In this document: piece by piece, positions 41,305 through 50,460 of the stretch
Layout of the letters: each line of letters starts with the position of its first letter
Position numbering within the stretch: the stretch's first letter is position 1
Assembly: GCA_902572005.1 (NCBI GenBank)
Contig: CACGEC010000001.1
Coordinates: 21,020-85,019, forward strand
Reading direction: 5' to 3'
DNA length: 64,000 bases
DNA from: an uncultured Pelagibacteraceae bacterium
Lineage (GTDB): Bacteria > Pseudomonadota > Alphaproteobacteria > Pelagibacterales > Pelagibacteraceae
Translations under genes and position numbers: made by a program
The notes under the pieces: model-generated
Databases searched by the model: none
What the model was told of the DNA's origin: nothing
What the model saw: the letters and a program-made list of their open reading frames with translations, nothing else

Positions 41305-42368
41305 TTGTAATTAAGTAGTTTCTTTAATGATCCAAACTCACCTATCTTATAAATAATAGCATCCTCTTTTTTAAACCCGTATTTTTCTGCGTTATCTTTA
41401 AATCTGATTGGTGGTTCCATGATTGGTTCCAAAGATAAAACAAAAGTTCCCCAATGAGTTCCTAAAACTTTTTTGCTTTTTAAATCTTGTGCAATATTTA
41501 GAGCTTCTTCAGGTGTGGTGTGATAAATTGATTTCTCAAACATCGGTCTAAAATCGTACGCACCAATATTAATCATTGATAAATCAATAGGACCATATTT
41601 TTCTCCAAGCTCTTTATAAATGTTTCCATATCCAGTATCGCATGCAAAAAATATTTTTTTATCTTTGTATTCAATTAAGAAATTTCCCCATAATGTTTTA
41701 TTGGTATCTGTAAGGCTTCTTTTTGACCAATGAACAGCAGGCAATAACGTAATCTTAAGGTCATCATTTATTTTTATTTCATCATACCAATCCATTTCAT
41801 TAACATCTTTGTATCTTTTAAAATATTTTCCAAGTTTAAGTGGAAGTAAAACTTTTGTATCTTTAAACGGAAATCCTCTAATTGTTGACATATCTTGATG
41901 GTCGTAATGATTGTGAGTTAATAAAAATACATCTGTTTTTGGAATCTCATTAAGTTGAAGTGCAGGCTCCACATACCTTTTTGGTCCAAAAATCAAAGGC
42001 CCTGCATTTTTTGAAAAAACTGGATCTGTAATAATTGTTGTTTCACCTAATTTAATTAAGAATGTAGCATGCCCTATCCAAGCAATATAATCATCGTCTT
42101 TAAATTTCTCTAAATTTTCTTTAACAATTTTTTTATCGATTACATGATCTTTTGGAACAGTAATATCAATTTCCTTTTTTTCTTTGATAAATGTTCTGTA
42201 GGAAAATTTTACATCATTTGATCTAACTGGAGATCCTTCAGGATTTCTAAAAGTTCCATCTGGTAAATGGTGATAAGGTTTTTCTGCCATTGCTAAACTA
42301 ATACAATTATAAAAAATAATTCCAATTAAAAAATATAGAATTTTAGTTAATTTTTTTGCATTAGCCAA
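41301..42368 (-). CDS. MBL-fold metallohydrolase (RomA/NAPE-PLD-like), exported
   Basis: WIGHATF, TDPVFS, THNHYDH, HWSKR, DTGY, HWGTF. Confidence 0.9.
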   Translation of the reverse strand: MANAKKLTKILYFLIGIIFYNCISLAMAEKPYHHLPDGTFRNPEGSPVRSNDVKFSYRTFIKEKKEIDITVPKDHVIDKKIVKENLEKFKDDDYIAWIGHATFLIKLGETTIITDPVFSKNAGPLIFGPKRYVEPALQLNEIPKTDVFLLTHNHYDHQDMSTIRGFPFKDTKVLLPLKLGKYFKRYKDVNEMDWYDEIKINDDLKITLLPAVHWSKRSLTDTNKTLWGNFLIEYKDKKIFFACDTGYGNIYKELGEKYGPIDLSMINIGAYDFRPMFEKSIYHTTPEEALNIAQDLKSKKVLGTHWGTFVLSLEPIMEPPIRFKDNAEKYGFKKEDAIIYKIGEFGSLKKLLNYN

Positions 42369-43411
42369 AAACTATCTCCACCTAAAAAATAGATTTTTCC
42401 GTTAATCGGATGTATCTGTATATCTCTTATTCTACCAATTTTATTTTTAAAAATAATATCTTCTTTAATATTTGATAAATCATTAAATATCAATTTTCTA
42501 AGTGATTGATCTTTAAGAGAAGTTATTAAAGCATGTCCATTCCATTCACTGAATTCTTTACCCTTATAAATGGTTATGGCACTTGTTGCGATAGAAGGCA
42601 CCCAATAATGTATTGCTTTTGTGAAGCCAGGTTTCCATTTTGGACCAATTGGAATACCAGAATAATTTGTTCCTCCCCATCCTAGAATTTTCCATCCGTA
42701 ATTTTCACCTTTTTTTGCTTCACCAAACCAATCACCACCTCTTGCACCATGGTTGCTCATATAAATTTTTTTATCAAATGGAGATAAAGTTAAACCCTGA
42801 GGATTTCTAATTCCTATTTGATAAATTTCTGGTAGCCAATCAGATTTTCCTTCAAATTTTGGGTTATCTTTAGGAATGCTTCCATCAATATTAATTCTAA
42901 TAATACTTCCAGGATGTTTTGTTGGATCTTGTGCAATCATTCCTTCTCCTCTTTCACCAGCTGAAGCAAATAAGAAATTATCTTTAATCGCTAACCTTGA
43001 TCCAAAGTGATATCCTGAGTTAATGGGAGGGTTTGATTGAAAAATATTTTTAAAATTTAATTTTTTTTTATCAAATTTCGCTTTAGCTATTGAAGTACTG
43101 GTTTTTCCATTTCCTCTATTTTCTGAATAAGAAATATAAACAAAACTATCTTTAAATAGAATATCTAACAAACCTCCCTGACCATGTTCTAGATAATTAA
43201 GATTATGATTAACTTCAGAGATTTTTTTTGAATTAAGATTAATCAACTTAATTTTCCCACTTTTTTCTGTAATCAATAGTTCATTATTATTGATGAATGC
43301 AGATCCCCATGGTTCATTTAAATCTACAATTTTTTTGAAAATAAGATTTTCTGCAAATGAAACATTTATAGAAACTAAAAATAAAAATATGGAAATAAAA
43401 AATTTACTCAC
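42347..43411 (-). CDS. PQQ-dependent sugar dehydrogenase (glucose/sorbosone, YliI-like)
   Basis: PWG, GQGGLLD, HFGSRL, GIRNPQG, HGARGGD, NYGW; GTG 43411 gives a signal peptide and removes the overlap with the SDR gene. Confidence 0.88.
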   Translation of the reverse strand: MSKFFISIFLFLVSINVSFAENLIFKKIVDLNEPWGSAFINNNELLITEKSGKIKLINLNSKKISEVNHNLNYLEHGQGGLLDILFKDSFVYISYSENRGNGKTSTSIAKAKFDKKKLNFKNIFQSNPPINSGYHFGSRLAIKDNFLFASAGERGEGMIAQDPTKHPGSIIRINIDGSIPKDNPKFEGKSDWLPEIYQIGIRNPQGLTLSPFDKKIYMSNHGARGGDWFGEAKKGENYGWKILGWGGTNYSGIPIGPKWKPGFTKAIHYWVPSIATSAITIYKGKEFSEWNGHALITSLKDQSLRKLIFNDLSNIKEDIIFKNKIGRIRDIQIHPINGKIYFLGGDSFWLMQKN

Positions 43412-43412
43412 T

Positions 43413-44123
43413 TTAAGAAAGTTTTGATCTACCACCATCAACAGCAATAATCTGACCAGTAACCCATGAACTATCATCAGTAATGAGAAATTTTGCAAGT
43501 GAAGCCGAGTCTTTTCCTTCACCTAATCTTTTTAAAGGATGAGCTTTTGCTATTCCATCTGCTAATGCTTTATTTTTCAACATTGGTTCCGCAATTTTTG
43601 AATTAGTTAAACTTGGTGCAATACAATTAACTCTAATATTTGGAGCAAATTCAGCTGCTAATGAAACAGTTAATCCCTCAACTGCGGCTTTAGCCGAAGC
43701 AATTATTGCATGATTAGTAAATCCTCTTTGTGCTGCTACTGTAGAAAATAAAACTACTGAACCTTTATTTTTTTTTAAACTTTCTTGATAACCCTTAATA
43801 ACTTCAACTGCTGAATAGAGATTTAATTTCATACATTTATTAAAATCATTTTCATTAACCATTCTCAAAGGTTTTAAATCTATTGAACCAACACAATAAG
43901 CAACACCTTTTATATCTGCAATGTCATTTTTAACCTTTTCAATAAATCCATCTTCTAAAACATCGGCAATAGTAAAAGTACAACCAAGTTTTTCCGAAAT
44001 ACTTTTTGTTTCATTTTCATTTCTTCCAACTAAATGAACAGAATTTTCTGAGTTTACCAACTGTTCAGCTAAGCTAGATCCGATTGAACCTGTCGCACCA
44101 AAAATAAGATATTTTTCTGACAT
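43413..44123 (-). CDS. SDR family oxidoreductase
   Basis: GATGSIG, FSTVA, ASAK, RVNCIAP, VDGG; the YxxxK tyrosine is absent (IASAK). Confidence 0.9.
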   Translation of the reverse strand: MSEKYLIFGATGSIGSSLAEQLVNSENSVHLVGRNENETKSISEKLGCTFTIADVLEDGFIEKVKNDIADIKGVAYCVGSIDLKPLRMVNENDFNKCMKLNLYSAVEVIKGYQESLKKNKGSVVLFSTVAAQRGFTNHAIIASAKAAVEGLTVSLAAEFAPNIRVNCIAPSLTNSKIAEPMLKNKALADGIAKAHPLKRLGEGKDSASLAKFLITDDSSWVTGQIIAVDGGRSKLS

Positions 44124-44145
44124 AAAAAATTTTATTCGTTATATT
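44117..44145 (+). promoter_or_regulatory. Sigma70-like promoter of the photolyase gene, overlapping the SDR start
   Basis: CTGACA-N17-TATATT ending 5 nt before ATG 44151. Confidence 0.5.
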
Positions 44146-44150
44146 TAATT

Positions 44151-45641
44151 ATGAAGTTATTTTTTATACTGGGTAATCAATTATTTCCATCAAAATACTT
44201 GGACCGCTTCAAAAAGGATCACCTATTTTTTATGGCTGAAGATTACCAATTATGCACTTATGAAAAACACCATAAACAAAAAATACTTCTTTTCTTATCA
44301 TCGATGCGTTCACATGCAGATGGTCTAAAAAGAGATAAATTTAAATTAGAGTATATTAAAATTGAGGATAAAGAATTTAAAGACGATTATTTAAAAAAAT
44401 TAAAAAAAATAATTAGTTCAAAAAAAATAAAAGAAATTTCAAGCTTTGAAGTTGAAGATAAATTTTTTGAAAAAAAAATAAATCAATTTCTTAAAAAAGA
44501 AAAAATAAAATGGAACGTTGTACAAACTCCAATGTTTTTAAATTCAAGAGAAGAATTTAAATTATATTTATCTAAATCAAAAAAACCGTTCATGGCAACT
44601 TTTTATAAGGATGTCAGAAAAAAATCAGGGATATTAATGGGTTCAGATGGAAACCCAATTGGAGGTAAATGGAGCTTTGATGAAGATAATAGAAATAAAT
44701 TACCAAAAAATATTTCAATTCCAAAATTTCCAAAAATAAATGAAACTAATCATACTAAAAAGTTAAAACCAATTATTGAAAGATTATTCAAAGATCATCC
44801 GGGTAAAACTGATAATTTTTGGTTTGCTACTGAATATAATGATGTCATCGAGCTTTTAAATTTTTTTATCAAAGAGAAATCAAATTTATTTGGAGATTAT
44901 GAAGATGCTGTTGATCAAAAAGATAATGTTTTATTTCATAGTGCATTAAGTCCATACATTAACTTAGGTTTGATCACTCCAGAATTTATTATTAAAAAAG
45001 TATTAGAATTTCACAAAAGTAAAAAGATAAAATTAAATTCACTAGAGGGTTACATACGTCAGGTAATTGGTTGGAGAGAGTTTATGAGAGGAATTTATCA
45101 AAGTTATTCAAACGAAATGGAAACTGGAAACTTCTTCAAACAAAATAGAAAAATGAAAAAATCTTGGTATGAAGGCACAACCGGTTTACCTCCACTTGAT
45201 TATGCAATTAAGAATGCTTTAAACCATGGATGGTCTCATCACATTGAAAGGTTAATGATTTTATCCAACATAATGAATCTTTGTGAAATTAAACCAACCA
45301 TTGTTTACAAATGGTTTATGGAGATGTTTGTAGATTCTTCGGATTGGGTAATGGTACCAAATGTTTATGGTATGGGACTATTTAGTGATGGAGGAATTTT
45401 TGCAACCAAGCCTTATATTTGTGGATCAAGTTATTTTATGAAAATGATGGATTTTAAAAAAGGTGAGTGGTGTAACACCATGGATGGTCTTTATTGGAGA
45501 TTTATAGATCGAAACAGAAAATTCTTTCTAAAAAATCCTCGTCTATCAATGATGGTAAGAATTTTTGATAAAATGAAAACTGATAGAAAAAAATTAATTT
45601 TGTCAGCTGCAGATAAATTTATTAAACAAAATACAAACTAG
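44151..45641 (+). CDS. Prokaryotic (6-4) photolyase / CryB-PhrB family cryptochrome-photolyase
   Basis: LGNQLF, HHKQK, GGKWSFD..NR, FGDYEDA, LEGYIRQVIGWREF, HHIERLM, WVMVPNVYGM, KPY. Confidence 0.92.
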   Translation: MKLFFILGNQLFPSKYLDRFKKDHLFFMAEDYQLCTYEKHHKQKILLFLSSMRSHADGLKRDKFKLEYIKIEDKEFKDDYLKKLKKIISSKKIKEISSFEVEDKFFEKKINQFLKKEKIKWNVVQTPMFLNSREEFKLYLSKSKKPFMATFYKDVRKKSGILMGSDGNPIGGKWSFDEDNRNKLPKNISIPKFPKINETNHTKKLKPIIERLFKDHPGKTDNFWFATEYNDVIELLNFFIKEKSNLFGDYEDAVDQKDNVLFHSALSPYINLGLITPEFIIKKVLEFHKSKKIKLNSLEGYIRQVIGWREFMRGIYQSYSNEMETGNFFKQNRKMKKSWYEGTTGLPPLDYAIKNALNHGWSHHIERLMILSNIMNLCEIKPTIVYKWFMEMFVDSSDWVMVPNVYGMGLFSDGGIFATKPYICGSSYFMKMMDFKKGEWCNTMDGLYWRFIDRNRKFFLKNPRLSMMVRIFDKMKTDRKKLILSAADKFIKQNTN

Positions 45642-45769
45642 TGAAAAAAGAAAATCTTCCTTCAAAAATTTGCCCTGTTTGTAAAAGATCTTTTGTTTGG
45701 CGTAAGAAATGGAGATTAAATTGGGAAAGAGTAAAATATTGTTCTAAGAAGTGTTCTAAGCTAAGTTAA
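45641..45769 (+). CDS. DUF2256 family small Cys-rich protein (42 aa; missing from ORF track)
   Basis: GTG start; MKKENLPSKICPVCKRSFVWRKKWRLNWERVKYCSKKCSKLS. Confidence 0.9.
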   Translation: MKKENLPSKICPVCKRSFVWRKKWRLNWERVKYCSKKCSKLS

Positions 45770-45774
45770 GATTA

Positions 45775-46494
45775 TTGAACATAATAATTTTACAACATAT
45801 TAAAATTGAAGATCCTGGTTACATAAAAGATCTTATGTTAACTGATGGATTAAATCTTACTACAATTGAGTTAGATGAAGGTGAAAAAATTCCAAATGAT
45901 TTAAGTAAATTTGATGGAATGTTTTGTATGGGTGGTCCAATGGATACTTATATGGAAAAAGAATATCCTTGGTTAATTGAAGAAAAAAAAAGAATTAAAG
46001 AGTTTGTTGTTGATTTAAAAAAACCTTATTTAGGTTTTTGTTTGGGTTGTCAGTTATTAGGTGAGGTTGTTGGTGGCAAGGTTGTAAAATCAAGTCCAGC
46101 AGAGATTGGTATAATGGATATCAATTTTGCTATAGAAAAAAATCAAGATAATTTATTTTCTAAATTTCCAGATAAAATTAAAAGTTTGCAATGGCATTCA
46201 TATGAGGTTCAAGGAATAGAGGATAATAAAGATGTTACTTTGTTAGCTTCATCACCAGTCACTAAATATCAAATTTTTAAATATCAAAATCATGCTTATG
46301 GAATTCAATTTCATATTGAAATAAAAGACACAACGGTCAACGAGTGGGGATGTGTGCCAGAATATAAAAAAGCTTTAGAAGATCAATTAGGTGATGGAGC
46401 ATTAGAAAAATTTGATCAATCTGCAAAAGATAATATGACAGATATGAATAATTATTCTAAGATTCTTTATAATAATTTTAAAAAACTTTTATGA
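45775..46494 (+). CDS. Type 1 glutamine amidotransferase
   Basis: MGGPM, GFCLGCQ, QWH, QFHIE (Cys-His-Glu triad). Confidence 0.88.
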   Translation: MNIIILQHIKIEDPGYIKDLMLTDGLNLTTIELDEGEKIPNDLSKFDGMFCMGGPMDTYMEKEYPWLIEEKKRIKEFVVDLKKPYLGFCLGCQLLGEVVGGKVVKSSPAEIGIMDINFAIEKNQDNLFSKFPDKIKSLQWHSYEVQGIEDNKDVTLLASSPVTKYQIFKYQNHAYGIQFHIEIKDTTVNEWGCVPEYKKALEDQLGDGALEKFDQSAKDNMTDMNNYSKILYNNFKKLL

Positions 46495-46712
46495 ATAATA
46501 AAATTTTTGAATGGGCAGGAGTTATCACAGCAATATTGTACTCTTTATTTGTAGCTATGAATATTGGGATAGAGTTTTTTGGTTTTTGTTTATTACTTAT
46601 ATCTGCAGTCTTAATTGGAATTTGGGCTTATAGGGGTGGTCATAGAGGAATATTATTCTTACAATTTTTTTATGCAACAGCTGGCATTATTGGAATGTTT
46701 AGGTGGTTTTAA
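46491..46712 (+). CDS. Small hypothetical membrane protein
   Basis: 73 aa, about 3 hydrophobic segments; 4-nt overlap with the GATase gene. Confidence 0.65.
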   Translation: MNNKIFEWAGVITAILYSLFVAMNIGIEFFGFCLLLISAVLIGIWAYRGGHRGILFLQFFYATAGIIGMFRWF

Positions 46713-47851
46713 TTAAAAGTTGTAATTATTTTTGGAATATAATTTTTAAAATTAAAAAAACCTTTATTACAATATTGCCAAGAAAATTGATCTAATTTTC
46801 TATACAGAAATTCTATCTTTAAATTATTTGTATTTATAAAATCTAGGTTTTCACCAACTGTAGGATATAAACCATAAGAAGTTTCATTTAAGTTTTGTAT
46901 TTCACTCAAATCTATAATTTCACAATTAATTTTTTTTTCCTCTAATCTTTTTTTTTGATCTTCAATTAATTGAGATTTAAAATTTACCAACTTTTCACTG
47001 AGCTCTATGGTTCGGTTATCATTTTTGTTGGAAATTAAAAAAATATTTTTAAATTTTTGATCTTTAAAATCACTGATTTCAAATGACAAATTATTCTCAA
47101 AAATAAGAAGATTTTTTTCTTCAAGATTTTGAGGATTGTTAAAATCCAATTTTGATGCAGCATATGTTTTATCACTTGTTTTTGGAGGAGCATTTTCATT
47201 AAGTTTGATATTACTAAATCTATTGTTTGTGAATTTTTTAATGTTCCATTCAGAAGCTAAATAATTTTTACCTTGTGTTTGAATTCCAGCAACCCATCTC
47301 CACCCTAAAGTATTGGCCGCGGCATCTCCATCGTACAAATGTTTCATAAAAAATTCTGCTCCTAACTGCCAGGGAAGATCTAAAGTAAAAACCCAAATAC
47401 TTGCAAACCACATTCTTGCGTGATTATGCAAATAGTTATTTTCCTTCAACTCATTTACCCATTCATTAAAGCACTCTATATTTGTATTTCCTTCAATAGC
47501 TTTTTTATAATCAGCATTATCTTTAAATTCTTCACGAATTTTTTTTAATTCGTTTAAATAATCTGTCCAAACAGCTGGTCTTAATTCCAACCAACCTTTC
47601 CAATAAGTTCTCCACAGAACCTCTTGAATGAATTTTTCATTTTTAGAAAATGAAAATTTATTTAATGATTTTTTAATAACTTCTAACTCAGAAATAACCC
47701 CATGAGTAATGTAAGGTGAAAGGCATGAAATATTTGATCTATTGTTTGGACCGTAATCAAAATTTCTTAATCTTGAATATTCAAATAAATTTTGCTCAAT
47801 AAAATTATTTAGTTTTTCAATGGCCGAAGCCCTTGATGTCACAAAGCTCAT
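46709..47851 (-). CDS. Short, domain-inverted photolyase (NewPHL/SPL type; FAD domain N-terminal)
   Basis: RNFD, SCLSPY, KFIQEVLWRTYWKGWLE, YLHNHARMWFASIW, DGDAAANTLGWRWVAG in the N-terminal half; no N-terminal antenna domain. Confidence 0.85.
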   Translation of the reverse strand: MSFVTSRASAIEKLNNFIEQNLFEYSRLRNFDYGPNNRSNISCLSPYITHGVISELEVIKKSLNKFSFSKNEKFIQEVLWRTYWKGWLELRPAVWTDYLNELKKIREEFKDNADYKKAIEGNTNIECFNEWVNELKENNYLHNHARMWFASIWVFTLDLPWQLGAEFFMKHLYDGDAAANTLGWRWVAGIQTQGKNYLASEWNIKKFTNNRFSNIKLNENAPPKTSDKTYAASKLDFNNPQNLEEKNLLIFENNLSFEISDFKDQKFKNIFLISNKNDNRTIELSEKLVNFKSQLIEDQKKRLEEKKINCEIIDLSEIQNLNETSYGLYPTVGENLDFINTNNLKIEFLYRKLDQFSWQYCNKGFFNFKNYIPKIITTFN

Positions 47852-47856
47852 TAAAT

Positions 47857-48237
47857 TTACTTATTTTTTTTCTTCTTAAGACCTAATTTATCACTATGTC
47901 TTAATCTTAAGATGACAATCGCAGCTGCAATAAGAACTATTGCAACAGCTTCGTAAACCAGCGCTGTAGGATCCATTTCTTTTCCCTGCAATATAATAAA
48001 TCGTGCAAGTGCAGTAATGGCTATAAGAAGTGGAAGAGTTATGCTAATTGATTGTTGATCCCAAAAAACTCTAACCATTGCTAAAACTTCTAGATATAGA
48101 AACATTAATAACAAATCAGCTAAAGTTACCGATTGATTAAGAAACATATTCTTAATTTCAATTCCAACTGCAATTACTGTGCTTATTAAAATGATGCACA
48201 TTAATATTAACTGTAAGTTTTTAGCGATTTTTTCCAT
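47857..48237 (-). CDS. PsiE family membrane protein
   Basis: TLADLLLMFLYLEVLAM, PLLIAITALAR. Confidence 0.85.
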   Translation of the reverse strand: MEKIAKNLQLILMCIILISTVIAVGIEIKNMFLNQSVTLADLLLMFLYLEVLAMVRVFWDQQSISITLPLLIAITALARFIILQGKEMDPTALVYEAVAIVLIAAAIVILRLRHSDKLGLKKKKNK

Positions 48238-48695
48238 TACTTATCCTTACTAAATGGCAGCCACTTTTCAAATACTGATTTTGAGGAACCTTCGTATGGA
48301 ATTGAATAAGAATATGGGTTTGGACTAGTTAAAACCTCAATTCCTTTAGAAAAAACAAATATAAATACGATTACAAAAACAAGAACCATTATTTTAAAGG
48401 GGTCAAAATTTTTAGTTTTAAAAACACTAGATGAATTTTCTTCAGCTCTGTGAAAATGTTTAAAAGTCATGTACACAGCAAATATTAAACCAATGTGAGC
48501 TAAAAAAAGTCCAGCCCAACCAAAAGCGAAAGTTGTATATGAAAATACATACAAACTAAAAACAGTTGTCCATATAAAACTTAATACCAGCAAAATTTGC
48601 AGCCTAACTGCTTTTGGCAAAGATCTTAAATCATTTTTACTGTCATCAAATAAAATATTCGCAGCATCTCTCATCCAATTTTTTAGTGATTCCAT
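48237..48695 (-). CDS. Hypothetical membrane protein
   Basis: 152 aa, 3 hydrophobic segments; 1-nt overlap with psiE. Confidence 0.7.
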   Translation of the reverse strand: MESLKNWMRDAANILFDDSKNDLRSLPKAVRLQILLVLSFIWTTVFSLYVFSYTTFAFGWAGLFLAHIGLIFAVYMTFKHFHRAEENSSSVFKTKNFDPFKIMVLVFVIVFIFVFSKGIEVLTSPNPYSYSIPYEGSSKSVFEKWLPFSKDK

Positions 48696-48756
48696 AGAAT
48701 TTAAATTATGTTTTTTTTAGAAATAAACAATCCCCAAATTGTCTCTAAATAAATAG

Positions 48757-49944
48757 CTAGTTTCTTAACTTTTTTTTATGAAAATTGATAAATTTCTCGA
48801 CATTTGATTTATTAAAAGATCTATTTTCTTCAAAAGAAACTTTTTTTATTGAATAAGCTTCGCTATTAGTAACTCTAGATTGAATACTTATATTTCCCTT
48901 GTAAAGTTTTAGTTTAACAGTGCCGTTAACTTTATTTCTTTTGTGGTCTACAATTTTTTGTAATTTAAATCTTTCTTTTGAATACCAATAACCATTATAG
49001 ATAAGTTCTGCATATTCAGGCATTATTCTATCTTTTTGATGCATAGTTTCTTTATCTAATGTCACAGACTCAATTGCTCTATGAGCATGAATTAACATTG
49101 TTCCTCCCGGAGTTTCATAAACTCCCCTTGATTTAATTCCTAAAAATCTATTTTCTACAAGATCAACTCTTCCAATCCCATTTTTTCCAGCTAAATGATT
49201 TAACTTTTCAAGTAATTTTGCTGGAGTAAATTTTTTTCCATTAATACCAATTGGATCACTATTCTTGAAATTAATTGAAACAAAGGTTGGTTTGTTAGGA
49301 GCCTTCTCTGGAGAAATCGTTCTTTGATAAATAAATTCTGGAGCAGAATTTTTGGGATTTTCTAAAACTTTACCTTCAGTTGAAGTATGAAATAAATTAT
49401 CATCAATGGAAAAAGGTGGAGCACCTTTCTTATCTTTTGGAATTGTTATCCCATTTTTTTTTGCGTAATTAATTAAATCTGTTCTAGATTTTAATTTCCA
49501 TATTCTCCATGGTGCAATTACTTTAATTTTTGGTCCAAAATAATGATAACCAAGTTCAAATCTAACTTGATCATTACCTTTTCCTGTAGCCCCGTGCGAT
49601 ACTGCATAAGCTTTATATTTTTTTGCAATTCTGATTTGATCTTTTGCTATTAATGGTCTTGCAATAGATGTTCCCAGTAAATAAACACCTTCATATATTG
49701 CATGTCCACGGATCATTGGAAAAACATAATCTCTTACAAAAATATCTTTTAAATTTTTTATAATTATATTTTTAACTCCGAATTTTTTAGCATTAGTAAT
49801 AATTTTTTTTTTATTAATCTCTTGACCAATATCTGCGGTGTAACAAATTACTTCAGCATTATAATTTTCTTGAAGCCATTTAAGAATTATTGATGTATCA
49901 AGCCCGCCTGAATAAGCTAAGACAATTCTTTTTTTTGATTTCAT
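48757..49944 (-). CDS. argG: Argininosuccinate synthase
   Basis: LAYSGGLDTS, GTSIARP, HGATGKGNDQVRFE, KSRGVYETPG. Confidence 0.97.
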   Translation of the reverse strand: MKSKKRIVLAYSGGLDTSIILKWLQENYNAEVICYTADIGQEINKKKIITNAKKFGVKNIIIKNLKDIFVRDYVFPMIRGHAIYEGVYLLGTSIARPLIAKDQIRIAKKYKAYAVSHGATGKGNDQVRFELGYHYFGPKIKVIAPWRIWKLKSRTDLINYAKKNGITIPKDKKGAPPFSIDDNLFHTSTEGKVLENPKNSAPEFIYQRTISPEKAPNKPTFVSINFKNSDPIGINGKKFTPAKLLEKLNHLAGKNGIGRVDLVENRFLGIKSRGVYETPGGTMLIHAHRAIESVTLDKETMHQKDRIMPEYAELIYNGYWYSKERFKLQKIVDHKRNKVNGTVKLKLYKGNISIQSRVTNSEAYSIKKVSFEENRSFNKSNVEKFINFHKKKLRN

Positions 49945-49947
49945 TAA

Positions 49948-50460
49948 TTAACTGCAGGCTTTTTTTGCAGTATTGTATGCTTTTGTAAAACCCAATAGTG
50001 AATAATGATCTATAGTTTGAGATCCTTTTTCATTGTAGCCAGTAAGCATAATTCTTGATCCTTTTTTCATCACTTTGACCATAATGTTTTCTTTTTTGTT
50101 ACTTGTCATCCAAGCAAAACCTTGCTGTTTAATATCAAACTTAAACTTGTTATTTCCAGAGGTTGCTAGAACAGTATTATTTTTATTGAATTCATATCCT
50201 GCTGTTGCACTTATTTCATTTGAAATTTTTTCATCAGGTCTAAAGGTTATAAATAATCTTGCGTCTCTCTTGTTTTTTTTTGGTGCCTGTAAAACAGGAG
50301 TTGACTGTGCGAAACATACTTTGCCAGATGCTTCAGATATTACCATTACCTCCCAATCTTTAAATTTACCAACTTTTTTTAAATCTTCTGCAAAAGAATT
50401 TGCTACAGAAATAATTGGAATGAAAATTGATAAAAATATAATTTTTTTAATTATGGACAT
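49948..50460 (-). CDS. Invasion-associated locus B (IalB) family exported protein
   Basis: Signal peptide, FKDW..C, MKKG, DHYSLLGFTKAY...C. Confidence 0.8.
   Translation of the reverse strand: MSIIKKIIFLSIFIPIISVANSFAEDLKKVGKFKDWEVMVISEASGKVCFAQSTPVLQAPKKNKRDARLFITFRPDEKISNEISATAGYEFNKNNTVLATSGNNKFKFDIKQQGFAWMTSNKKENIMVKVMKKGSRIMLTGYNEKGSQTIDHYSLLGFTKAYNTAKKACS

Noticed and set aside
43412-43522. ORF-track N-terminal extension of the PQQ dehydrogenase overlapping the SDR gene (similar over-long starts for ftsK, ubi, folD, hisB, purH, Tim44)
   Set aside because: Downstream starts restore signal peptides, promoters or normal stop-start coupling
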